The notes beneath the pieces are model-generated. The model made no database searches. It worked only from the letters and a program-made list of their open reading frames with translations, and had not been told where the DNA came from. Position numbers and translations under genes: made by a program. From contig NW_014577061.1 of NCBI RefSeq assembly GCF_000485595.1, positions 596,922 to 660,921 on the forward strand: a DNA stretch of 64,000 nt, written 5' to 3'. Below, one piece after another: positions 18,416 through 30,500 of this stretch (positions within the stretch are counted from its first letter, which is position 1; each line of letters opens with the position of its first letter). This stretch comes from Priapulus caudatus (lineage: Eukaryota).

Positions 18416-21400
18416 AACCTGTGTCTTAAAAGAAAACTGAAAACTGTAAAACAGAGTGTTGAAGGCATTTTAACACAGGATCCCCTGCAGGCTGCCCTGG
18501 AGTTGCCTAAGGTAAGGCATATGTATACTTGTTTAAATTAAACTTCCCAAAAGTAACCAGGCACTTCAAAGTCTAAGGACAATCATTTTTGTTTTTCAAC
18601 ACCTGAAACATTTCGGCGTCTAACAATCGGGGCCTTCAATGTCTAAGAGAGATTTCTATAGCTATAATTATGTTTTGTTTATGACCCCAATAACTTTTCT
18701 TTCTTTTTTTTCATAGGAATCAGCAAACGTTCGCTGGAGCTCATCGACCATAAAAAAATCAATGCAAATCCGGTGCGCAGTAGGGAGAAGTGGCTATGAC
18801 TATCTGCGTCAGACTTGTAATCTACCACTAACTTCCATCCTACCGCACACCAGACCACAATCATACAGTGGTTGGGTGAAAAAATGAAATCAATGAAGCC
18901 CGAGGAGCGTGTTACGAGTCTAGCATTAGATGAAATGTAGCTTGAACAAGCTCTGGAATTTGACAACGTGAGTTGCAACCTTCGCCATCGTACACGAAGT
19001 CGATTATTTAGCAATGTTTTACATCCCAAATAATATATAGGCTATACATTTTAATACTTTGACTTGCAGTCCTCTGTAAAGACGCAAAGAAGGATAGGCC
19101 TGCGAGCCATGCATTGTGTTACTTGCTAAAGGGACTTTCCACTAAATGGAAACAGGTGGTCGGTAAGTTTTATGATAATATAACACGTGACTAATTTGAC
19201 GGACATGTTTGAAGCCATTTGGGAAATTTCTATAAATATAATTATCACCATAAAAGTGACAACAAAATTTTAATTATTTACAAGAAAGTGGAGTTGCCCT
19301 TACAGATTTCCACATGTGGTGAGCCTGTGAGGTCATGATTAAGACGTGATAATCGGGTCATAAACTTGTTCTTATTGTGTTGTATCTCTCTTACTACTTC
19401 ACCGATGGATCAGTTCCTGGCAACATCATGTGGAGCATTTCATGCAGAATAGTGGATCTTCTTTCTGAAAATGGGATAACTGTTAAAGTAATCATCAGTG
19501 ACATGGGTCCTGATAACCAGGCAATGTGGAAGGCTGCTGGTGTGTCCTCAACCAGGTACATATGCAGGGTACATATGCTACTAACATATACATGCACATG
19601 CATAAAACACCTCACACATTTTTACTTGCATATCATTGTTAAAGGTTTGACACATTCATTTGCTTATGTACCTTTACTTTCAGCAACATACTCATAAACA
19701 AAATCACACATCCTGTCAATCCTGAACAGAACCTCTTCTTTGTGGCTGATGCGCCTCATCTGATCAAAGATTTGAGGTCTGCCTTTGCTACCCAAGACAT
19801 TTACCTGCCACATTATATCGTCACGGACCACAATCTCCCTTCCAACCGGGTACCAGTTCCTTCCATGTTGTTCCGATTTTTATCTATAAATAATTAAAAT
19901 ATTTGAAACTTAACAAAATAATGGGTTAATAACGTTAATGATAAGTCATATACATACATAAATTAAATTTAAATAAAATATTATTTGGTTAAGTGTCATT
20001 CAGATATGTGCGGGATCTGGTCTTCTACCAGGAAGATAAGGAGCTAAAATTAGCACCGAAGTTGACTCAGGCCCACATCACCCCAGGCTCCTATCAGAAG
20101 ATGAAAGTGTCACTGGCAGTTCAGGTATTCTTTTGCACGAAGGGATAGGCATGTGTGCATTGGAATGTATTTATCTTTCAATAATCACTGCACAGCATGA
20201 CAATTTAAGATAAAATCTAGTATGCAGTAAAATAAAATTTTATGTCATTTTTAGATCTTGTCACAGGCCCGTAGCCAGCTTTATATTGGGGGGGGGCCGT
20301 TAGTTTTTCAATGTTGGCAATTTGCTCGGCAGAGGCGTGTACAGGATTTGTACAGGGGGGTTCTAACGCTAAACCCAAAGGTTGCGAGCACAGCGAAAGG
20401 GGGGTGGGGGGGGGCGGGTTTTTTTTCCCCCTGGGGGGAAAATTTTTAAAATTACACCCATCCTCAGATGCGTTTCTGCGCGAGCAAGGGGGGTCGGACT
20501 CCCTGGGAGCCCCAACCTGTTTACACGCCCTGCGTCGGCGCCAGAGCGACAGGCGAGGGAGCCAAGCGACGCGAGTGGGGGTGCGGGGTAGAGGCGGTGT
20601 CCACTGTTCACCCTCCGCACGATTGAACGATTTTTGCAATTATTACACTAAAATGCGCAGCGACCTGAGGTGAAATTCTTGCAAATTTTCAACAACAAAA
20701 AAATTTGTTTGGAGGGGGGCTCGCCCCCTTTGGCTACGGGCCTGTTGTCACACAGCACAGCTTCTGCCCTGAGATTACCACCTGAAGCATTATCAACAGC
20801 ATGGTTTGTCGATTTTGCAAACAGCTGCGGTTGATAACGTAAATGGAGGTCATACCATGATGGCGTTCTTTGAGGGTAAGGCTAGTTACTTAGGGAATAA
20901 CCCCTCTATAGTTCTAGGCAATATCAATAGTGTGGCCAACGTTAATTTTATAAATATTATTAATAGCACTGTTTTGAGCTAGTTGGCTTTATATTCTGCT
21001 TAAATATTTAATAATTTTCCTTTATTTTGTAAAATTGGTCTTGCAAGGTTCTGCAGAAAAAAACGAAACAGGTGGCAGATAGGCTATGGAGATTGTAAGA
21101 ACTCACCTTGCCAAAGCCTGGATGGAAGCCAGTGCAGAGTGGAATCCGTATGACCTCGGCACAATTCTGGAGCTCGCGAAGAGGCAGTCATCAAATGGCA
21201 GCTTCAGATACTTGCTCCCCGGAGCGACTGAACACAAGGATGCCTGGAAAATATATTCTGTCAGGTGTCGTGAATTTTCTCAAGGTGTAAAAACCTGCTC
21301 TTCAACATTGAGACTGTGAATCACCAGTGGCTGTTGAATTGAGCCATGTCACAATTACAACCGGATGCTAATTATTATTATTATATTTAGCAGGTTACGG

Positions 21401-22746
21401 AATCATAGAAANNNNNNNNNNNNNNNNNNNNNNNNNTCAGGTATTCTTTTGCACGAGGGGATAGGCATGTGTGCATTGGGATGTATTTATCTTTCAATAA
21501 TCACTGCACAGCATGACAATTTAAGATAAAATCTAGTATGCATTAAAATAAAATTTTATGTAATTTTTAGATCTTGTCACACAGCACAGCTTCTGCCCTG
21601 AGAGTACTTGTTCACATGGGTGTGTTACCACCTGAAGCATTATCAACAGCATGGTTTGTCGATTTTGCAAACAGCTGGGTTGATAACGTAAATGGGAGGT
21701 CATACCATGATGCGTTCTTTGAGGGTAAGGCAGTTACTTTAGGGAATAACCCCTCTATAGTTCTAGGCATATCAATATGTGGCCAACCTTAATTTTTATA
21801 AATATTATTAATAGCCACTGTTTGAGCTAGTTGCTTTATTATTCTGCTTAAATATTTAATAATTTCTTTATTTTGTAAAAACTTGGTTTGCAAGGTTCTG
21901 CAGAAAAAACGGAACAGGTGCAGATGGCTATGGAGATTGTAAAGAACCTCACCTTCCAAAAGCCTGGATGGAAGCCAGTGCAGAGTGGAATCCGTATGAC
22001 CTCGGCAACAATTCTGGAGCTCCGGGAAGAGCTAGTCATCAATGGCAGCTTCAGATACTTGCTCCCCGGACGACTGACACAAGATGCCCTGGAAAATATA
22101 TTCTGTCAGGTGCGTGAATTTTCTCAAGGTGTAAAAACCTGGCTCTTCAACATTGGAGACTGTGAATCACCAGTGGCTGTTGAATGAGCCATGTCACCAA
22201 TACACCGGATGACTAATTATTATTATTATATTTATCAGGTACGGAATCATAGAAATCCAACACCACGGCCAAGAGCCTTCAGGAGAACATTAAAAATAAT
22301 AGTACTTTCACAATTCATGGGTATTAACAACGGGTCAAATTGCGAAGATGATAATTGCAAGCAACTTCTTGAGTTCATAAAAAATCGCGAAACAGAAAAC
22401 ACTGCCTGAAGCCGAAGTAACAGATGCTATGCTACTGCTATGCTATACAGATGCTATGCTATGCAGAAGCTGAACAGATGCTATGCTCATCCTTGCAGAT
22501 GCAGCAACCGTTACATTCGATGCTAGTGAGAGCAATGCGCTATACTACATAGCAGGATATATAGTATACAAGGAGCTGCGAAATATTAAATGTAAGGTTT
22601 GCGCAAACACCATTAAAGAGCTCCACCCAACAGACGCCGCTGCTTTACTTACATTAATAAAATCATACGGAAAGCTCGTACATTCGGCACCTGCTGTATT
22701 GCAGCTTCTGAGACAGTCGGAACATTTTTTTATAATTACAATATAA
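18416..22746 (+). pseudogene. Intron-containing P-element (THAP9-like) transposase, inactivated; 3' part assembled twice across an N gap
   Basis: Exon fragments translate to RWSSSTIKKSMQIRCAVGRSGYDYLRQ, LALDEM*L, KGLSTKWKQVV, IISDMGPDNQAMW, FVADAPHLIK, KMKVSLAVQ, LSHSTASAL, WKPVQSG, RYLLPGRLTQDALENIFCQVR and LYYIAGYIV, all P-transposase motifs; in-frame stops and frameshifts; no THAP domain seen (gap at 18382). Confidence 0.9.
20264..20744. mobile_element. 481-bp MITE with 14-bp TIRs and a 6-bp TSD, inserted in a transposase exon
   Basis: CAGGCCCGTAGCCA...TGGCTACGGGCCTG flanked by TTGTCA on both sides; empty site visible at ~21574. Confidence 0.92.
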
Positions 22747-22882
22747 ATGCATATTAGTATTAGTCTGCTTGTTAGAATGGTAATGCTAACAGCTAGCCCC
22801 AGATGCTTGTTTAACTCGTGTATATATTGTAAATATTGTGGTTAGGCAGTGTGTTGGATGTTGCTGTGAGCTATACTTTCGT

Positions 22883-23218
22883 TAGACCAATAAATTGTGC
22901 CCTAAAAAATTTTATATTCTGATGTTATTTTAGGGCCCAATAGCCTTCCATAGACAAAACCTGTGAATTCTGTCGTGCAAAATGCACGACAACCTTTTCA
23001 CTATTTACGGCCGTGTTACATAGAAAATCAAAGAAATACCTAAAGCCGTCGCTTTATTAACATCTTACCTACATTACAAAACACTTGTCATGCAGTATCC
23101 TCCTCTTTAATCACGTTTATTTTATTAAAATATCACGACATAAAAATCACGCAAACTTCGCTACTTTCTAAAATAACATCAGAATATAACAATTTTTAGG
23201 GCACAATTTATTGGTCTA
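22883..23218. mobile_element. Mutator-like MITE
   Basis: ~48-bp TIRs TAGACCAATAAATTGTGCCCTAAAAA...; perfect 9-bp TSD TACTTTCGT (22874-22882, 23219-23227). Confidence 0.88.
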
Positions 23219-23793
23219 TACTTTCGTATATATAACTAGTAAATGTGTGTACATACATGCGTACTTTATTTCGCATTTCAACTAGTTCGAGTTCAGTTAT
23301 GAAAATAAAATTAATCCTGCACTGTGAAGAACTAGCAATTAAAAAATAATAATTATCTGCCATCTCTATCTTGTGTGATCTGGCCTTATATCATATCATA
23401 TCATGCACCCAAGCATCTCTCCTGAGTCCTACGGCCGGCTGCCGGTTGGCTACGGCTCGCCGAACAAAACTACTGTAGAGTGAGCAGTAACTATATATAG
23501 TAATAATATAAGTAGTATTCTGATCGTTGCCAATGAATATATGCCATCAGAAAGCATAATCAGTACAGTACTCGTCTGTCTTGAGTACACAGTAACACAT
23601 GTGACATGGTAAACTTTAACAAAATAATAATATAAAATAGGATTACAATTGTGAATTCACACTAAAGATATCTGCATTTTATCTCTTAAGCCTCGTCTAC
23701 ACGACGAAGCGAGTTAAGCGTCTACCCGTGTAGACGCTTAACTCGAGTTAGCGAATAGTACATAACTCCACGATAGGCGGCAACACTAGTACG

Positions 23794-24026
23794 ATGTACG
23801 TACACACGCACGCACGCACGCACGCACGCACGCGTACTTGCACACGCACGCACACACTCATGCACGCACGTGTACTTGCACACGCACGCACACTCATGCA
23901 CGNNNNNNNNNNTGTACGTACACACGCACGCACGCACGCACGCACGCACACACAAACGTGTACCTGCACACGCGCGCACACGTACATGCACGCACGCACG
24001 CACGCACGTGTACGTGCACACACACA
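23794..24026. repeat. (CACG)n/GTACGTGCACAC minisatellite containing an N gap
   Basis: Direct inspection. Confidence 0.85.
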
Positions 24027-24520
24027 TCCGTTAGTCTGTGGGTGAACTAGGGTGAACGGTGAACTAGAGTCCCTTTATATTGAGGGACTCCCAATATAAA
24101 GGCACTCTACCAGAAGTGATTTGTATGCTCTGACTCTGTCTTTATGTAGGTAGTCTAATAAGGTGCACAGAGCCAACTAGAGTCCCTATATACAGATATA
24201 TATATACACTGTATATTCATTATTCATACACATATATTCTGTATATATAGGGACTCTAGTATATATAGGGACTCTAGAGTCTAGAGCCAACAGAGCGAGA
24301 GTGCCATCTGTCGTGACAAACGAAAAATAAACAAATTATATTATTTGCACAATGATTATGATCAATAATTTATGGCTATCAATAAACTGTATTTTATTTA
24401 TTAACATTACGTAATTTCTCAAGCTACTGTAATTTTATAGATATCTGTGAGTGTAAATTTTTACATTTGTTATCAGTTGGTTGATCCAGCAGAACATCCG
24501 CCGATCATATCCGTTGCATT

Positions 24521-27500
24521 ATGGCGGCACAAACAAAGGTTACAGAGTTTTATAGAAGTCGGAAAACATTTTGTGATAGACAGCCATCGAAGCGCCAAAA
24601 AGTTATTCATCTGAATGCACAAACGCATGAAGGTCCTGCGGAGACCAAGTTTCCACCAGCACGAAGGAAGCATAACGTGAAGATTATTACTGATGTTCCA
24701 ACTTCATTTGAATTTGCTACTGCATCAGAATCAGAAGCGACGAATGATAGGCCTAGCGATCTCTCACAAAAACCGACGTCGCTAACTGCAAGGGCGACGT
24801 GTGTTACTGCAAAAAAGCAAGCAAAGAAACCACATGATGTGTTTCTATCCGGCCGAGCTCGGAAGTCAGCTAAGTCCACCAAAGTCGTCGGAAGCAAACC
24901 TCACGGCAGTGTTGATATCGACGAACAACACAACAAAACTCGAAACTCGTCCCCACAATTAGCAGAGCTAGTTACGGATGCGACAGATGATCACGAAACA
25001 TCAAGAACGCCAGTGAAGTCGCCACAAAAGAGGATGGTCAAGGCATGCCCTGATCACTCGTCAAAAAAGAGAAGCAAACCCGAAACAGACGTGCAACCTC
25101 GTTCGATATTGGCAGTTGATCCATCGCCATCGAGGTTACGAAGCCGCAACAGGCGTGGAGGGTCTCCTAAAACGAAGCTATTTACAAAAACAGAGGACAC
25201 TCTCCCTAATACGGTCATTACCGAAAAATCCAGCTCAATGGGAAATAGTGAGGAAGTACAGGCTGTTCCATTGGCACTTTCTTGTGAGCATGTACGTCAT
25301 GTCGCTATTTATTGGCAGTAATCATGGTTCACATGGGCGGTAGAATTACAATTTATTATTGCAGTTTTCCATCTCCAGAATTCTGTTTTCCTTTAATATT
25401 GAAATCCACAGTGACATATTACCCAAGAACTGGAAGTGGTGTATTACCGGTATCTTCTGTAAACTTCTGAGTGGAAACTAGTTTTTTCCCTCATTCATAC
25501 AGTTAGTTGACAGTTCAATAATGTATCAACACCATACCATTCGCTAATTGCCACACTGTTCAACATTTCTTTGTAAAACTTACTTGGATTGGCAGTGTTA
25601 GAGATTAACTTTTATGCCAGGCACCATGTACTTGCTGCAAGAGAAAAAAGCTGGCAGCATACTTGCTCATACAGGCAGTAAATTAGGAAATAATAGCAGT
25701 TACACTCCCACCCAACCACCAGTACTTCCTTGATGTCTCTGTCGATAAGGAAGCTAGTTTGGCCTCCTAGCCATGTTTTCCCTAATTCGTTTCTTCTTAA
25801 TACTCGCCCAATAACTAGCCATCCACAGAAATTTCCTTTAACTGTGGTGCTTTTAATTTGGTTTATTGGGAATGCTGCCAACATATAGAAGAGGCAGAAT
25901 ACTGATACTTGTAGGCAGCAAAACAGCTGCTTGCTGCACTTAATTTAAATCTATGGGTTGGACTTACATTTTTTTAAATATTTTTTTCAGGATAATGAGT
26001 CTATGGTAAAGGCAGGTAAAGAACCACAATTAGTCACACAGGAAAAGAAGAAAAACACTAATGCTCTGCAAGCAACTGTAAGTAGTAATGAGAAATGGTG
26101 GTTATTATGACCTGTATATTATAAAGTCAGCTAAAAGAATATTGGTGTTTCCCATTTACCTGGAGTGCAAGTAATTAATTAAAGAAGAGAAGGACACTTG
26201 GGTAAAGCATGTCAGAATATTTGTGACATGTATTTATATGTTCATACATACAGTATTCTGCACGTTTTATTCAACCTGAACACCAGCCTGTATATATATT
26301 CCGGAGTATTTCTGTGATTATTTAATACATGTATTGGCACTGCCTCTATATAATAATACATTTTTGTACAATGTTTCTACACTCAGAGTAAGGAAGACCC
26401 AGCTGAAAAGTCGGTGTTAAAGCTGAAAAAATGCAACAAGTTGTCTGACTTACAAGCACAGTTAGCTAGCTTTAAATCAAATGTGAGCAAGTTAAAGAAA
26501 TCTGCAAGCAACCTGCAGAAGTCAACAACATCTAAGGAAAAGACTGGGGAACCAAATGTTGTCAAACCCAATGAAAGGTATTATTGTATCCCCCGCGACG
26601 AAGTTGGCGGGGATACTATCGTTTCATGTCTGTTCAGCCGCCGCCGCCACGGACACTTTCCCTTCTGCTCTATAACTCGGCCCCTAATTGACCTAGCGCG
26701 AGCAAACTTGTATACTTACACATTTTGGGGAGAAGGTGTGTCGCGTACCAAAACCCTTAAGGCAACCAATTTTAACATACTTGCACATCTCAGGCAGATG
26801 AGCTGTGTAACAAACCTTTGTCTTTGTGACTTATTTAACCCTTTACCTACCTTCTACGCTCTTACAGAGATATTTCATTCATACTAGATCACATGAGATA
26901 CATGTAGTTGGCGACAACTGCTTTTTCTAGTTTCATTCTATTGTCCAGAAACCGCTGTATTAATATTTCCATTAATTGTTATCACAATATGCTGTAATTT
27001 GTGGAGAGTGGTATTAATTAAATTGCATAGTATGAATGTGATCATCAGACTGATGCATTAACTGGAATATTGCCTTATAGGAAGAAGGCACCTGCTTTTG
27101 AGAGGTTCCACGCATTAACAACGCCAGTGCCACCAACACTGTCACTACCGTATCAATACAAGGTTCTCTCAGAGATGTTCAGGAGCATGGACACTGTGGT
27201 TGGAATGTTGTACAATCGTTTGGAGACAATTACATTCAATCGCGTAAAGGCTGCGGTCCAGGAGATGTGTAGAAGGTATCGTTTGTAATTTGTCTTGACA
27301 AGTCTGAACTAAGTTTTTGTGTACCTTGCTTGCTTGTACAAATAATGAAGGTCTACATCTTAAAATAATTGTAGAATAAGTCTGAAATGTTAGGTAAAGA
27401 GTTCTGTTAGTCATCTTGTTCGCCTAGCATGAGCTGATTGATTGTCCTGTATGTAATGTTTTATGTTAGGGTCCATCTGATTGCCTTTTGCAGGCTTGCA

Positions 27501-30500
27501 TTGAATAACTTGATTACTTTTGCAGGCTTGCATTGAATAATTTGATTACTTTTGCAGGCTTGCATTGAATAATTTGATTACTTTTGCGGACTTGCATTGA
27601 ATAACTTGATTACTTTTGCAGACTTGCATTGAATAACTTGATTACTTTTGCAGGCTTGATTGAATAACTTAATTACTTTTGCAGGACTTTTGAAAAAAAG
27701 AATCTTGCTCAGATCAAGAGTGTCCATCCAAGTGCATATGTGTTTAGGCAGGAGAAGGGGCTAAAATGCTATGATAATAAGACACACTCAAGTGCCTTCC
27801 AGCTCACATTGGAACCAGTGGTCAATGATGATCAAGGTTTGTGTGTAAAATGTTAAATGCTTTTGAGTGTTGGGTTGATACACGAGCAGGCAGCAGCCAT
27901 TTAGTATTTTAAGCTTCATTTGCAACATCTTGTGTTGATATATATATTACAATATGATCATATTATGGATGATGCATTTATCTGGGTTGCAACGGTGTAA
28001 CCAGTATACAACAATATGCTGTCAATAATAACATCAATCAAAGCTGCATGGCTATCATCGGAAAGCGTTTAATGGCAAATAGATAAAATAACGTTTTATT
28101 CATACTACCTCAGGTACTAAAGATGGAGGCCAGAAAATTCCACACCTAAGTGCCAGTGCTCTGCTGGAGCGAAAAACTACTTTTCATCGAAACCTGATAG
28201 CTATTGTCAAGCAGCACCACAAGGTATTTACACAATGAACTAAATATCCAGATCGTCTAGAAAATGTGCAATGTATACTTCGGAAAATTTATTTGGTTAC
28301 AAAATGTGCCGTAAAGAGGTTATCAGTCAGTGAATAGTAACAATTATTTGGGCTATTATCTCCTTAACTGGATTCTATACAGATCTCATCTGATGTTAAC
28401 CAGCTTTGACGTCTCTCCATCTTTGTGTTTCAGGAGTGGCTGGAAAAGCAAGCGCGCCCCATGACTGTTCCTGACGATAAACTTGTTAGGTGGCATCCAA
28501 AGTTTCCACTGGACGAGGTTCCCGATGTGGAAGAGTCTGAACTTCCAGAAGTGCCCGTTGTGCAGAGTTACACTACCGCCGCAGCTGTTCTTGATAAGGC
28601 TAGAGGAATCGTCAGTGAGAGGGTGCGTGCATAGTATTCCATTGCTTGTACCATGGAGTTAAAAAGGCTGACTAAACTCACTAGACTAGATGTATGTAAA
28701 TGCAATGCGCACTTTAATGATAATCACTAACAGAAAAATTACATGTATTGATCTCAGCAGTACATGAATGATGGATGTACATTTCTCTTTTATGTACTCT
28801 TGTTTATATGTGTGTTCTGTTGCATTTATAGTTGCGTATTTATATTGTGTTTGAAGTATTATAACTGTACAATTTGGCATTTGGAACAAAAAAAGTAAAG
28901 AAGTAAGCACTTGAAGTGAGGATTTCAAACAGTTCTCGACCATTTTCGTATTTTCCCTTCAATTACAATATTTACCGGGATCGTATCAACAAGTGTCTAC
29001 AGTAAGGCCAACATGTCTTAGAACACTCCTACATCGTTGCTTTTACTGAAGTAATACAACTATTTAAATTTTATTTGCTGAATTCTTATTGATGCAGTGA
29101 CATAATGATGCCACTTGTTTCTCGTGATACCCTGCCCCTAGACTTTTTTAATGTACTAATTTGCATAAGTAATAGAGACGGTGTGTCAGGCTAAAACCAC
29201 TTATGTCACTTTTCACTTTTGTCAGTGAATGGAATTTTTGTCAGATTGAAGAATGTTGCTGTGTTATTTGCTATTTCATATACGGTAATGGCACAAACTC
29301 TCAATGGTAATTTTGATACTGGAGAAATCACTAATATTTCTGCTAATAGGCAGGACCTAATTTGTCTACGTTTTTATTTTTCAACTCATTTGAGAGATAA
29401 TGATTAAAGGGATTTTGCATATGGGCCTCCCATTCATGTTACTATTGTAATTACATTACAGTCAGAAAAAGCATTGGAAAAAGTTGTCGTAGAGCAGGAA
29501 GCAGCAAAGAAGAACCCTCCGAATCTAGATGATGATAAGAAAGCAGAAAGAGCAGTGGGATGTCAGCCGAAAGTCCCACCCATGTCTTCGCAACTCAAGG
29601 GTGTCCCACTGTCACTACTGGAGAAGGTATCATGGTCCAACATTAATAGCTAGGGATGGTAGCATAAACCAAATGACTACACCCCTAGTGTCATTCTTTC
29701 TAATGTGTACCCCAAGTTTAAGTTGGAAAGCTCTGCTACCTAACCAGATGCAATGGATGTATAATTTTTATCAATACCTTATGCAAAAATTCTAATCTTT
29801 AAATAAATCGATTGCACTGTAGAATTGACACTGTAAGAGTACTCCTTATGTACTGACAAACTGAAATGCGGATGATTGGTGTTATTAATTTAGGGGTCGT
29901 TCACAATTATCAACATTTTCACAAGCGTACAAACCGTACGCTGGGGGGGAGGGGGTCAATGCCCGCCGTACGCTTTCAGCATTTCCGAAAAATGTCGATC
30001 CATTTCCCGCGCTGCGCGCCCCAGCCGGCATCGCGCGCATCCTCACGCCGCGATGTGCCGAGCCCCGGCCGCCCTGCGCCCCGCACGGGCTTGCTGAACG
30101 AACCAAACGAGCTATCTAGCTAGCAGCAGAGCCGAATGCAGTGTAAACAACCGGCACGATGGCGGGCAATAGTTCTAGCCGCGCTGGTGACCTGGATCAA
30201 TTCTTCCAGGGTTTGCATGTAATTCATATGTACATGAATTACAAAATGAACATTTTTCTTCGTACAATTTTAGGGGGGAAGGGGTGGGGGTCTCGATAAA
30301 GTGTACTCTTTGTACACTTGTGAAAATGTTGATAATTGTGAACGACCCCTTAAGGACAATGCATAAGTACACTTTTATATCTGTTTCTGCACTCTGCATG
30401 CTGTTATGTTACAGATTCGAGCAAAAGAAGCAAGTAAATTGCAACAAACCATGACACAGCCAGATTCAGATAATAAGAAAACAGCGATGATGGCTCGTCT

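Noticed and set aside
18595..18650. Minus-strand hammerhead-ribozyme-like TGAAGG...CCGAAA
   Set aside because: The CUGANGA core is not intact and no convincing stems are present.
27486..27684. 32-bp repeats resembling a CRISPR array
   Set aside because: Head-to-tail units without spacers, in a eukaryotic intron, with no cas genes.
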